Part shown: positions 1-12,520 of the stretch, piece by piece
How positions within the stretch are numbered: the stretch's first letter is position 1
Layout of the letters: each line of letters opens with the position of its first letter
Assembly: GCF_963921235.1 (NCBI RefSeq)
Contig: NC_086109.1
Location: 18,726,001-18,790,000, forward strand
Origin: Mobula hypostoma
Lineage: Eukaryota
Direction: 5' to 3'
Length of the DNA stretch: 64,000 nt
Translations under genes and position numbers: made by a program
Notes under the pieces: generated by a model
What the model was told of the DNA's origin: nothing
Seen by the model: only the letters and a program-made list of their open reading frames with translations
Databases searched by the model: none

Positions 1-410
1 GAGAATTAGCCCATTTACTTCATTGAGTCTACTGCACCATTCCATCATGGCTGATTTATCACCTATCTCAACCCCATTCTCCTTGTAATCTTTGACACCC
101 TTGCCCATCAAGAACTTATCAACCTCTGCTTTAAATATACCTAATTACTTGGCCTCCACAGCTACCTGTGATGATGAAATCCACCGATTCACTGCACTCT
201 GGCTAAAGAAATTCCTAATCATCCCTATTCTAGAGGGACCTCCTTCTAATCTGAGGCTGTGCTCTCTGGCCCTAGATTCCCGCCCCCCCAACCCCCACTA
301 TTGGAAACATCACATCCACCCCAGCTAGGGCTTTTCCAATATTTGATAGATTTCGTTGAGATATCCCATCATTCTTCTAATCTCTGGCGAGTACAGGTCC
401 AGAGACATCG
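1..410 (-). mobile_element. CR1 LINE 3' fragment (decayed)
   Basis: Reverse complement resembles the RT C-terminus/3' UTR of the CR1 copies at 38300-38870 and 59295-59697 (RRNFF..R.VN.WNS-type coding remnant). Confidence 0.75.
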
Positions 411-849
411 AACACTCAGAGGGAACATCTTTTGGATGAAAAGTTAAACAAGGCCTTGCCTGCTCCTTTAGGCATTTGTAAAATACTCCAGGCCATTATC
501 TGTTATAACCGGAGAGATACCCCACTGGAGCCAGAGGTCATAGGTTTGGGGTGAAAGAGGAAATATTTAAGGGGCATTTTTTCACTCAGAGTGTGGAGTG
601 AGTGTGGAACAAACTGCCCATGGATATGGTGGATGTGAATGGCGTTGGAACTTTTAAGAGAAGTTTGGATAGGTACATGGATGAAAAAGGTATGGAGGGC
701 TATGATCTGTCTGTCGATTGATGGGAGTAGGCAGGAGATCAGGCCAGCAGGTAAGAGCCTGTTTCAGTGTTTTAGTGTTCTATGACTCAGTTCAAGCCAA
801 TGTTTAATTCTCAGCTAGTATTACCAAACAGATTTGACCAGAAGTTCAT

Positions 850-1040
850 TAACAAACAAAAGAAAATCTGCAGATGCTGGAAATCCAAGCAACACACACA
901 CAAAATGCTGGGGGAGCTCAACAGGCCAGGCAGTGTCTATGGAGAGAAGTACAGTCAGGACCACAGCCTGAAACGTCGACTGTACTTTTCTCCATAGATG
1001 CTGCCTGGCCTGCTGAGTTCCTCCAGCATTTTTGTGTGTG
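850..1040. mobile_element. Penelope-like pseudo-LTR inserted as an inverted repeat (hairpin)
   Basis: Arms ~889-957 and ~980-1043 are reverse complements; hammerhead 3' half GAAACGTCGACTG near the pivot; flanking duplication TTGACCAGAA(G)TTCAT at 834-849 and 1041-1055. Confidence 0.75.
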
Positions 1041-1079
1041 TTGACCAGAATTCATGCCTCCTTCACGGTCCCCGTTGAA

Positions 1080-2150
1080 GAGTCGGCAGTTGTAATGATG
1101 AACAACTTCATGTCCCCGGGTGCCAACATCACAGAGAATCTATGCTGGGTCCAACACATAGACCTCGTACAATAAGATGGATCCTTGACTTCATACTTTA
1201 TACTTTATTGTCGCCAAACAATTGATACTAGAACGTACAATCATCACAGCAATATTTGATTCTGTGCTTTGCGCTCCCTGGAGTACAAATCGATAGTATA
1301 TATTGAATATTTAAGTTATAAATCATAATTTATCTTGTCATAGCCTTGTATTTTATTGCTGCCTGCACTGCACTTTCTCTGTAACTGTGACCCTTTATTC
1401 TGCATTCTCCTATTCTTTTTCCCCTGTACTGATGTGATGAAACGAACTGTATGGATGGCATGCAAAACAAAGTTGTCACTATATCTCACTACATATTGAA
1501 CTAATTTACTAATTTTGATGTAATCATGAAGAATCCACTCTACCACCTCCAATTTTTTGGATTTTAAGGAGATTTGACTTTCGGTGAAGACTCTGGCAAA
1601 CTTTGAAAGATGTGTGGTAGAAACCATTCTGACTGGTTGTGTCACAACCGGTATGGAAATTCCAATGGAGAGGAACACAAGGGATAACAGCCAGTTCCAT
1701 CTCCCCACCATTGGGCCATCTACAACAGACAATGTCTCCAGAAGGCATCATCAATCGTCAGGCATGCCTACTATCTGGGCCATGCTCTCTTCTCGATGCT
1801 GCTTTAAGGTAGGAGCTACAGGAACCTGAACAGTAACATCTCAGGGTTCAACAACAGTTCCTTCCCCATTGCCATCAGGTTCTTGAACCGATCCGAAAGA
1901 TCCTAATTCTAACTCTGACGATATTTCTTTCAATTTGCACTAATATTACGAGGTTTATTTTTTATTTATTTTATCCTGTAAGTTATGGGACATTAATCAT
2001 AAATTATGCATTATCATATCAATTTAAATTTATGTAATTGATGTTTCTCATGTTTGTAATGTACTGTGCTGCTGGCAGAGAGCTAACCTATGTGGCATTC
2101 ATACCCTGAGTAAGTGTGCCAATGGCAATAAACTTGAACTTGAAACTTGA
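1080..2150 (+). mobile_element. Rex1/Babar-type LINE 3' remnant, interrupted by other repeat tails
   Basis: Translates to KTLANFERCVVETILTGCVT, like the copy at 6600-7450; ends AATAAACTTGAACTTGAA. Confidence 0.6.
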
Positions 2151-2613
2151 AATTTGAAGGGAATGGATTTCAGGGGCAATGTGCAAGTCGCTGACGTGAG
2201 AATGCGGAGCACTCAAAACTACTGACCAAGGATAAAAGCAATTACCTTGTTGTTTTCCTCTGTGGTGTGTGGGAGCATACTGTGTGGAGGAACTTACAGG
2301 CTGCAAATTAACAGCCTTGCTTCCTACATCATAGCAATGACTCACACCAAGTACTTCATTGACCGTTGCATCCCGTGGGCTGTCCCGAGCTCTCGAAAGG
2401 AAAAGTTCATGTTTTGCTTTCTAAATATAGGAGTAACTGGTTGTAAAGGATGAGACAGCACTCAAGGTTAATTAGGAAGTAGGGAAGATTATTTGGTGCT
2501 AAGTTTGGCATTGATGGATGAGATAATTGGCTGAGGGTGAGGGGGTGAAGGACCAGCAGGGCAAAGTGACATGATCCACACTGATGTCCCAGAAAGTGCA
2601 ATCAGGCCATCGC

Positions 2614-3946
2614 CAATGCTCCCTCTAAGGTGAGCGTGAGTGTGTGCACACATCTTTTGCTACTAGCACACAACGGAATTTAAACTGCACACTAAAGATG
2701 GACATCAAAAGAAGGACAGGGATGGCAAAAGACACCTTTACGAGAATGAAGAGTATACAGACCAACACTAAACTAGGCATGCCAACCCACCTCAGAGTAC
2801 TGAAATGTTATGTTTATCCAGATATGTTATATGGCTCAGAATGTTGGACAATATCTAGTAACATGAGGAAATGAACTGAAGCAGCGGAGATGTAGTTTTT
2901 GAGGAGGATGCAAAGAATATCATGGACGAAATGAATATCTAACGAGGATGTCATGAACAGAGCAAGTACAAAAAGAGAAATAATGTATGAGCTCATGAAA
3001 AGGCAACATAACTTCATTGGACATGTGATTAGGAAAGAGGAGTTAGAATGCACAGTAATTATGGAAAAGACTGAAGGGAAGAAAGCAAGAGGAAGACAAA
3101 GACAAATGATGATGGAGACAGCAGCCAGAGAACTGGAAATGAGTACCAATGAATTGATCCACTTGACCTGAAACAGGAGTGTGTGGGTCATGGTAGTCAA
3201 AGCTCAAACTGGGCTCAGCACCTGATGATGATGATGAAAGATTGTCACCCTCTACCTCATTGGCATGTTAAGTATATTTCATGATCATACACAATTACAT
3301 TTCCTTTTCTGGTTTCTGATGTGGACGGTATTGATAAGGTGAGTTTGCGATGTTTGTCTGCAGATTTTAGAACTGGCTTATTTGTACTGTTTTTATTGAA
3401 GAAATTATTGATTCACTATGTTGAATTCCAAAGAAGCAAAGGGATGTGAAGCGCAAAAGAACTGCTAGTTTATTTAAATCGAATGGCTTGATAAAACAGT
3501 AGAATCTGTTACACTGAGAGCTCATGAGGTCAGGAACATGCAGCTATGAGAAATATTTATGCACAGTACAGACACTGGTGTTTCCTGCATGGATTGATGT
3601 GATGCAAAATTTTCTGGAGAATTTATTGGGAAGAAGTGGAGTAATATTTGGAAACTTGAATTTGTAAAGCATCATTTAGCAAGCAAATCACATACGGACA
3701 GTGTGCAAAAGCTCGGGCAAGAAAATCCTTCATTACCTGCTACAGGCCTGCTTTGTATGTTTTGTGAGATTGCAGATGAACGAGAGTGAAAACGATCACA
3801 CTCAGAAGAGATCAAAATTCTTATTACTAACTGCTAAAATGACTGCCTCTCTATATAAAATTCAGTGCACACATGTCACTGGGCAAAAAATTGCACAGCA
3901 CTAGATTTTTGTGCACACTGGTCATTAAAAATTAGAAGGAACATTG
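2614..3946 (+). mobile_element. Non-autonomous hAT DNA transposon with N-terminal transposase remnant
   Basis: Imperfect TIRs CAATGCTCCCTCTAA (2614) / TTAGAAGGAACATTG (to 3946); degenerate 8-bp TSD GCCATCGC / GCCAGTGC; internal WKLEFVKHHLASKSH (~3650-3695) resembles a hAT zinc-finger region. Confidence 0.7.
2700..3236 (+). mobile_element. RTE-clade LINE 3' fragment nested in the hAT element
   Basis: RT C-terminal motifs DIKRRTGMAK, LYGSECWT, FIGHVIR, GKKARGRQR; (TGA)n tail; AAAGAT duplicated at 2694-2699 and 3237-3242. Confidence 0.85.
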
Positions 3947-4059
3947 GCCAGTGCTGCATGTGATTTGCACAATTATCCCGTAGAATTGCAGTGTAAGAAC
4001 CAGACTGGATTTTGTTGGATTTAGGTCTAAATTCCCTTATCTGTCCCTTTTCTTTCATT

Positions 4060-4885
4060 CCAAGATGGTGCTGTGCTTCAAAACCTCCTTTGAAATGCAG
4101 CTCAGATTTAACTGTTTTTTAGTTGTTCTTTTAGGTTTGTAAGAATCGTTTTGGGGACAGAGAGAAGTCTGATTAGGATTTAGGGACTGGAATGTGGGGG
4201 AATTAGAAGTCAGGTGGGAGTCCAGATCTCTGCCCTGTGTTTGAAGACCAACGTCGTGATGTGGGACATCTGTGGTCAGATGTTGGATGTCAGACAAGCA
4301 GAGAGTGGATGAGAGGCCCACCACCCCAGTTCAGTGGGTTGTTGGCTGGTTCCGGAGTCAGTATTCCAGGCAGGGGGACTGAGTTCTGATGACCCTCTGG
4401 GTCCTTTAATCAGTGAGATGGAGTTCAAGATCTAGAGTTTGGGGTCTTGTCAGTCTTGGGTCCTAAGTTCAAGGGCTAAAGTTCGGTGATCGGCGTGTCC
4501 TGGGATTGTTGCCAAGCATCGAAGCCCAAGGGTTGAATCGGAATTCTGGAAGTTAAGACCCAAAGGCCGGAACCGGATCTGTGAGCCTGCTGGGGAGTTT
4601 GGGGCTGGTGTCTGCAGGCCTGAGCTGGAGGCTTGAGGCCTGTCCTGGGTTTAAAGGACTGTGTATGTGCGAAGAATGGGAGGGAGGAACGGGGCTTGTT
4701 TTACTGCTTGTTGTGTTCTGTGAGGTTCTGCCGAGCATTATGAATGTGCTGTGTTGGCACTGGAATGCGTGGTGACACTTGTGGGCTGCTCCCAGCACAC
4801 CTTTTCATTCTGTTGGCTGTTAACACAAGTGACACAATTCACTGTCTGTTTTGATATACAGATGACAAAACACGAATCTTGAGTC
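4060..4885 (+). mobile_element. Non-coding retroposon with CAAGATGG leader and Rex1/L2-like tail
   Basis: Starts CCAAGATGGTGC, ends GAATCTTGAGTCT; same layout as 52011-52631; no RT ORF. Confidence 0.45.
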
Positions 4886-6599
4886 TATTTATCTAGTCTG
4901 TACAAGCTTTCGGCATAAAGTTTGACTGTGAGGCAAAATCCTTTGTTCTCTCTTTCCTCATTGCTTACAGTAGAGTGAGTTGGTTATAGTGAGAGTTGGT
5001 TACCCACAGCTCTGCTTTACCTCTTCTTTCTGTGTTGTGAGCATCCCATACAATGGCTATATCAGATTTGGACCTCATTCTTGATTTCTGAAGAATCCTC
5101 TGGACAATATTACCTCCAGATCCAACAACCTAAAGTGACAGTTGTACACCAAACAATCCAGGAATTTGTCTATGTAACATCTTGAAGGTGCTTATCAGAT
5201 CTATTGGATGGAATGGACACATCTGTAAAATCCTATTTGTGGCATCCAGGAGGCTATCAGATGGGTTCATGATTATACAGGGACCACGCACAGGGAAAAA
5301 GGGTCCAGTGCAACTTGGCATTGTGTTCAGCGCAGACTTTGTGGGCCAAATGCCCTACCCCTGTGCTGTTCTATATTCTATGTTGTGTTCAAGATTAATC
5401 TAACCACATATCCATCTATTTTTCCACCACCTATGCCTATCCAAGAGTCTCTTAAATGTTTCTAAAGTATTTATCTCTACCACCACCCTGGGCAGCCTGA
5501 TCCATGCACCCAGCATTCTCTGTATATAAAAAAATACCTCTGATATCCCCCACTATACTTCCTTGCAATCATTTTAAGATTATGCCCCCCTCATATACTC
5601 AGATGTCCCCTGATTCTTTTAAATAATTGAACATTAGGCCCCAAATGGCTTGGTTACTATTCATTAGCAGCTCCTGATCACTACAACAGGGTGGGGCACT
5701 AAAATGAGTGCAGTAGCTGGGTGAGACCTCGTGTGTCAAAACTTGACCAGGAGCCTCACGTTGAGCTCAAATTGGAGATGGCTTTTGTTCCATTCTTCTG
5801 TATTTATCAATCAATTCCACAGTCTGAACAAGGCAGCTTGCTGCAATAATTGACACTAATCTATTTAACTTTCTTAATCCTTCATAAGTGTCGTCTGCAG
5901 AAGGAGACAGACATTTGAGGGGAGATTTACTCATAGAATTGACATGAAAAATACACTAAATCCACAAGAGATTAAGTTGGAGTAATCCCTATCTGTTTGT
6001 GCACATTTACACAATAATTATGAAAGGGAAAATGATTGCTTTATTACTCAGTGTATATTTTAATAGCAAATAGTTTTTCAGATTTAGATCTTAAGACATA
6101 GAAAAAGAATTAGGCCTTTCAACCCATCAGGACTTCTTCACCATTCGATCTTGGCCGATTTATTTTCCCTCTCAGCCCTCTTCTCCCTTACTAATTAAAA
6201 ACCGATCAATCTCCACTTTAAATATATCCAATGGTTTGGCCTCCACATCTACCTGTGGCAACGAATTCTACACAGTCATCAGTCTCTGGCTAAAGAACTT
6301 CCCCTTCATCAACTGGAACAAAAAAAGTAACAAAGTCCATTTTGGTGCAAAGTGATCAAAGTGGTCACACTGTTGCTAAAATGCGATGATTAGGATCGTG
6401 CTGGTTGGTTCAGAAACCAAATGGTGAAAAGGAATTAACTGTTTCTGAACCTGGGTGTGTGGGACTTCAACCCTTTGTACCTCCTGCTTAATGGAAGCTA
6501 CAAGAAGTTGGCATGGACCCAGATGGTGAGGATGTTTGATGATAGATGTTGCCTTCAGCACCTCCCGTAGGTACTACCAGCTGTGGGGAGAGAACACAT

Positions 6600-7450
6600 A
6601 CCAATCCTCATAGAGGGATAAGAAGTGGAGAGAGTAAGCAGTTTCAAGCTCCTGGGTGTCAAGATCTCTGAGGAGCTAAACTGGTCCCGACATATTGATG
6701 CAGCCATAAAGAAGGCAAGACAGCGACTATACTTCATAGGAGTTTGAAGAGATTTGGTATATCAAGAAAAACACTCAAAAACATCTATAGATCTACTGTG
6801 GAGAGCATTCTGACAGGCTGCATCACTGTCTAGTATGGGGAGAGGGCTACTGCACAGGACTGAAAGAAGCTGCAGAGGGTCATAAATTTAGTTGGCTCTA
6901 TCTTGGGTACTAGCCCACAAAGTACCCAGGACATTTTCAAGGAGTGGTGTCTCCGAAAGGCAGCGTCTATCATTAAGGACCCCCAGTACCCAAGGCATGC
7001 TCTTTTCTCAAACACAAAATACTCTGCAGATGCTGGGGTCAAAGCAACACTCACAACACACTGGAGGAACTCAGCAGGTCGGGCAGCATCCGTGGAAACG
7101 ATCAGTCAACGTTTCGGGCTGGAACCCTTCGTTACCAATGCTCTTTTCTCACTGTTACCATCAGGTAGGAGGTACAGAAGCCCGAAGGCACAGACTCAGT
7201 GATTCAGGTACAGCTTCCCCTCTGCTATCCGATTCCTAAATGGACATTGGAACCGTGAACACTACATCACCTTTTTAATATATATTATTTCTGTTTTTTT
7301 TGCACGAATTTTAATCTATTCAATATATATATATATATACTGTAATTTATTTATCTATTTTCTTCTATATTATGTATTGCATTGAACTGCTGCTGCTAAG
7401 TTAACAAATTTCACGATACATGCCTGTGATAATAAACCAGTTTCTGATTC
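6600..7450 (+). mobile_element. Rex1/Babar-type LINE 3' fragment
   Basis: Translates to VERVSSFKLLGV..KKARQRLYF..YRSTVESILTGCITV..LLPSGRRYRS; tail AATAAACC..TTCTGATTCT. Confidence 0.8.
7011..7137 (-). mobile_element. Penelope-like pseudo-LTR fragment inserted in the Rex1/Babar copy
   Basis: 14-bp TSD ATGCTCTTTTCTCA at 6997-7010 and 7138-7151; minus strand reads ACGAAGGGTTCCAGCCCGAAACGTTGACTG (truncated hammerhead). Confidence 0.8.
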
Positions 7451-8272
7451 TCTTGTCTGCTGCTTCGTACACTCTTGAGTGTTTAAACTGCTTTACCAGA
7501 CCATGAAGCAACCAGTCAATCAGATCAAATGCAATAAGATCCTAAGGGACCACAATAGGGTGGATGCTGCCATCATCTTCTAGTGGGAGTGCCTCAAACT
7601 ATTACGACATGCACCCAACCTTGCCAGGTTCCGGTGTTTAGATGCTCTAACTCTCCAGAACATGGTGCAGTCCTTTTAAGGGTCCAGGATTGCCCCACTA
7701 ATTGGTGATCATGTTTTGGGCATCAAGAATTGAGTATTTAAAGAGTACCTGAACTGAGGTTCAATATTCAATCACAAGCCTAACTTGTGATATCGTTTAG
7801 CGTTTTGTTTTTGCTCAGTTCTCATTCCAGCTTCATAACGTGTTTCAATTCCAGTCTCAGATACTCCAGTACCGGGGTCCAAACCATCTTCGTCAAGGTC
7901 TCTTGTCACACAAACAAGTGGATATAGTTATGAGGTAGAGGGACGATCATTACAAACTAAAATCTTCAAAGGTTCATTTATTATTGAAGTATCTATATAC
8001 AAACGTTTGTACTATACAACTCTGAGATTCTTCTTTTCCATATAGCCACAAAACAGAGAAAATCATGGAAGTAAGTTCAAAGAGAAACAACATATCCACC
8101 CTCTCCCCTCACAAAAAAGAACTGGAACACAATCATCACTCCCCACCCTGCACAAGATGCAACAAGAACATCGACCCCCCCCAATCCCCCTCCCTCGCAC
8201 AAAACTCAGCAAGAATATCGGCTCCCAAATCCCTCTCCCCCGCACAAAAAAACGCAACAAGAATTCTATGAA

Positions 8273-8565
8273 GGAGGACTCTCGTTAGTGCCTTAGCGGA
8301 GTCATTTTGTCAGGGCGTGCTCTCTGAGGACTGGACCCAGGCATGGAGGAATGGCGGGCTTTCTCTGTCACGGGGTAAGGGTGGGGTCGCTGGCTCCAAC
8401 TCCACCCTGGAGCGGTGGATGGCTGGCTCATGACACGACCCAGGAGTGGAGGGTGGCAGATTCCCCATGAAGAGACGGAAACAAGAGATTATGACTGAGT
8501 GACACCACAAGACAAATCATTCACTCTAACACAATGACTCTGCTAAGGCACTTAGAGAGTCCTCG
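8273..8565. mobile_element. MITE with ~45-bp imperfect TIRs, superfamily uncertain
   Basis: GAGGACTCTCGTTAGTGCCTTAGCGGAGTCATT on the left versus AATGACTCTGCTAAGGCACTTAGAGAGTCCTCG on the right; flanked by TGAA / TTAA. Confidence 0.75.
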
Positions 8566-8869
8566 TTAAATGCACGCATCAGCATGCCCTACCCTGGCAA
8601 CCGAGAAAGGGCAATAAATATACCAAGTCACTTCTACTATTGCAAAAGCTCTTGTGACAGTCTGGATAGTTGGAAAAAAAAATCAGAGCTCGCATCCTTA
8701 CAAACAATCTTCGGTAACGTAAGAACATTATGTACCACAGTTAAAAAGGAATAAAATTCTCAAGGACATATTGCAAAATGCTCTAGTATTCCTGAAAGGA
8801 TTAGCATGATGATCCACTGCCAAAGTCAGGAAAGTAAAATAAGATTGAAAACAAAAGGAGCTGAAGATA

Positions 8870-9035
8870 CATTATTCTGGCATCCTTCCCCTTCAGTTCC
8901 AGTCCAGAGAAAGGGTTTCAGCCCAAAACGTTGACTATTTATCCCCTTCCATTGATGCTGTCTGACCTGCCAATTTTCTCCAGCATTTTGTGTGTGTTTA
9001 CGCGGGAGCTCCAGCATCCAGGAGTCTCTTGTGTT
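8870..9035 (+). mobile_element. Penelope-like pseudo-LTR with mutated hammerhead core
   Basis: CAGTC-CAGAGAA-AGGGTTTCAGCCC-AAAA-CG-TT-GACT followed by GATGCTG..CCAGCATTTTGTGTGTG as in the other copies. Confidence 0.7.
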
Positions 9036-9277
9036 TATGAAGACACATAATGGTTCTCACTCCTCATGGAACCTGCTCCAGACACCTGGAGGATGATGGG
9101 AACAGACAAATATTGATCTAGGAGTAAAGCAGATGGAACATGGAGCTAGGCTTCATTTAAATCAGGGGTTCCTGACCTTTTTTTATGCCATGGACCCCTA
9201 CCATTAACAGAGGAGTCTGTGGACCCCCGAGTAATATTTAGATGCAACAGCACCTTTCCGTGAGACTATGTGAGGCC

Positions 9278-9819
9278 TAGGGTTGCCAACTGTCCCGTAT
9301 ATTGGGCTAAATTGGTTTGTCCCATACGAGACCACCCTTGTCCCCTATTTCCCCCGCTAAGATAGAGCGTTCCTGTGAAACCTTTCGTGCCGAAATGGTG
9401 TAAAGCAAAGAAGCAATTACCATTAACTTATATGGGAAAAATTTTTGAGCGTTCCCAGACCCAAAAAATAACCTACCAAATCATACCAAATAACACATAA
9501 AACCTAAAATAACACTAACATATAGTAAAAGCAGGAATAATATGATAAATACACAGCCTATATAAGGTAGAAATAATGAATGTACAGTGTAGTTTCACTT
9601 AATAGAATTGGAAAGATTAATCCAAAACTGATTTGTAGGAAAAAAAAATCGGCACGTACTCACATGCGCACGTCATGTATGCGCATGTCAAGCAAGCGCA
9701 CACAGGTGCCCGTGCAAGGCTTCATGGTAATGGTAGTCTTTCTTGGGGTAAACACAAGTGTCCTGTATTTGACTGCTACTTTTGTCCCTTATTTGGGAGT
9801 GAGAAAGTTGGCAACCCTA
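9278..9819. mobile_element. Non-autonomous hAT DNA transposon (542 bp)
   Basis: Perfect 14-bp TIRs TAGGGTTGCCAACT / AGTTGGCAACCCTA; perfect 8-bp TSD GTGAGGCC at 9270-9277 and 9820-9827. Confidence 0.93.
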
Positions 9820-10379
9820 GTGAGGCCTACCTAGAGGGCCTGGCAAAAGATTGCTCTTAAATGCTGGCTTGCATCTGCTCATTTGGATGAGGTAGACTTT
9901 CCCTGTATCCCCAGCACCTGTTCTATCCCTGCAACAAACACCGGAGCAGCCAGAAATGACAAGCGGCTGCTATTCATCATTTGTAACTCCCTCATTTCAT
10001 TTTCGACGCAGGTGTAGGCCCACTAGTCAACGAGGCATTTATAGAAATAATAAAATGGCATTGATCCCAGCAATCCCCTATGGTAAGTCAGCACTGACAA
10101 AGTCTCAGCCAGACGTCTGCTCATTTACTGTTTTGTTGTGTGGCATTACATAGAATTATATTGGATAGACCTGAAAACCGATGTGGAAATCACAGTGTGG
10201 GATGAAGCCCTGCCAGCCCTGTGAAGCCACTTAATTAACGTGATTGCACCACATAGCCAGCCTCGGACTGGACAGATGCCTGAGCCGGTTTTCTGAGTGC
10301 TGTGTGCACTTAAAGCCAGGCTTCAGTGCTTAAAAGGGGAATCGTGCCCGCAGTTAGGACGGGTAGTAAAAGGAAGCAA

Positions 10380-10705
10380 AGAGATAAAGATTAGCTTTAT
10401 TTGTCACATGTACATTAAGACATACAGAGAAGTGCATCACTTGCGTCAAATCAAATTGGTGACGGATTGTGCGGGGCAGCCCGCAAGTGTAGCCATGTTT
10501 CTGGCACCAACATGACATACCCGCAACTTACTAAGCCTAACTGTACAGCTCTGGAATGTGAGTGGAAACTAGAGATCTTGGAGAAACCCACTCAGCCATG
10601 AAGAGAACATACAAACTCCCTAAAAATAGCAGCGGGAAGCAAACCCTGTTTGGTAACCACTGGCACTGTAACAGTGTCATGGTAATTGCCACACTACCAT
10701 GCCTT
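10380..10705 (-). mobile_element. tRNA-derived SINE (HE1/V-SINE-like)
   Basis: Minus strand has a tRNA-like head (GGCATGGTAGTGTGGC..), a GGGTTTCTCC central domain and an AATAAAGCTAATCTT tail; related copies at ~14280-14535, 37530-38215, 42550-43030, 44215-45190. Confidence 0.65.
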
Positions 10706-10849
10706 AGAGACAATTTTTAACGTACTTTATGCATTAAAGACATTTTTACAGGAAGAAAGACATCCTGTGCACGGCTGCTCAGTGAGGTTCTGGTGGGAGA
10801 AGTACTCACTAATTGTGCCAGTCAGGATTTACCTCTCATTGCTTCATTA

Positions 10850-11420
10850 ATAAGGACATGGAACATAGGAGTTGGAACGTTACATTGCCGTTGTAAAGTC
10901 ATTGGTAAGACTGTACTTAGAGTACAGAGTACAGTTTTGGTCACCCTGTTAGAGGAAATCCTACATGATCAAACTGGAGAGAGTGCAGAAAAGATTGACA
11001 AGGATGGTTGTCAGGACGAGAGGGCCCGAGTTATAGGGAGAGGTCCTTATTCCTTTGAACACACGAGAACGAGGGGTGACCTGACAGAAGTGTTTAAAAT
11101 GATGAGAGGCGTAGATGAGGTAGTGGAACACCAACAAGGTAGAGGAGTCCAAAACTAGAGGGCATAGATTTAGGGTGAGAGGGAAAAGAGTTAAAAGGGA
11201 CCTGAGGGGTAACTATTTTACACAGAGGATGAAGAATAAGCTGACAGATGTAGATAGTTATATTTAAGAGGCACTTGGATAGGCACTTTGAGGAGGCAGG
11301 GCATGGAGCGATATGGGCTGAAAACAAAAAATGGGGGCTAGCTGGGTGGGCATTATGGTTAGCATGGACTCGGTGGGGCCAAAAGTCCTGAATCCATGCT
11401 GTGTTGCTCTATGACGCTAC
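10850..11420 (+). mobile_element. CR1 LINE 3' fragment
   Basis: LEYRVQFWSP, RTRGDLTEVFKMMRG remnants and a CR1-type 3' UTR. Confidence 0.8.
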
Positions 11421-11539
11421 TGAAGCTCATTCTCCCATCTCTGTTCCAACCATGCGTCTCAATCTGCTCGTTCTCCAAAATTTCATATATAGAGCTTGAA
11501 CAGCCTAAATTTTCTTTCAGTGTTCAGAGTGAAACTTGA

Positions 11540-12520
11540 TCCTAGTCATAGAATACTACAGCACAGAAACAGACCCTTCGGCCCATCCAATCTGTGCTAA
11601 GCCACTAATCTGCCTAGTCCCATCAACTTTTACCCGAACCATAGCCCTCCGTAACCCTCTCAAACGTGTACCTCTGCAAACTTCTCTCAAATTTGAAAAT
11701 CAACCCCACATTCACTACTTGTGCTGGCAGCTCGTTTCACATTCTCAAAACCGTCTGATTGAGGAAGTTTCTGTTTATGTTCCCTTTAAACATTTCATCT
11801 CTCACCCTTAACCCGTGACCTTTAGTTGTAGTCTCATCCAACCTCAATGGAAAAAGCCTGCTTGCATTTACCCTATCTATTCCCTTCATACTTTTGTATA
11901 CCTCTATCAAATCTCTCCTCATTCTTCCTCATTCTAGGGAATAAAGTTCCTACTTTTTCAACCTTTCCCTATAACTCACATCCTCAAGACCCAACAACAT
12001 CCTTGTAAATTTTCTCGCAATCTTTCAATTTTATTTACATGTTTTCTGTGGGTAGGTGACCAAAACTGTACACAATATTCTAAATTAGGCCTCACCAACA
12101 TAGTACACAATTTCAACATAACATCCCAACTCCTGTACTCAGTACATTGATTTATGAAGCCAATGTGCCAAAAGCTTCTTCATGATCCTCTTTATCTGTG
12201 ATGCCACTTACAAAGAATTATGGATCTGTATTCCCCGATCCCTCTGTTCTACCACACTCCTCAGTGCCCTATTACTCATCCTGTGAGACCTACTCTGGTT
12301 GGTTTTCCCAAAGTCAACACCTCATACTTGTCTGCATTAAATTCCATCTGCCATTTCTCACCCCATTTTTTTGTCAGCCGGTACAGATCATGCTGCAAGC
12401 TTTGATAGTCTTCCTCGCTGTGCACTATACCCCCAATCTCGGTGTCATCCACAAATTTACTGATCCAGGTTACCACATTATCAACCAGATCATTGTTATA
12501 GATGACAAATAAGAACAACC
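11540..12520 (-). mobile_element. CR1 LINE 3' fragment
   Basis: Minus ORFs give LFVIYNNDL..ISKFVDDT..WQMEFNADK and MRRDLIEVYK..ASRLFPLR. Confidence 0.85.
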
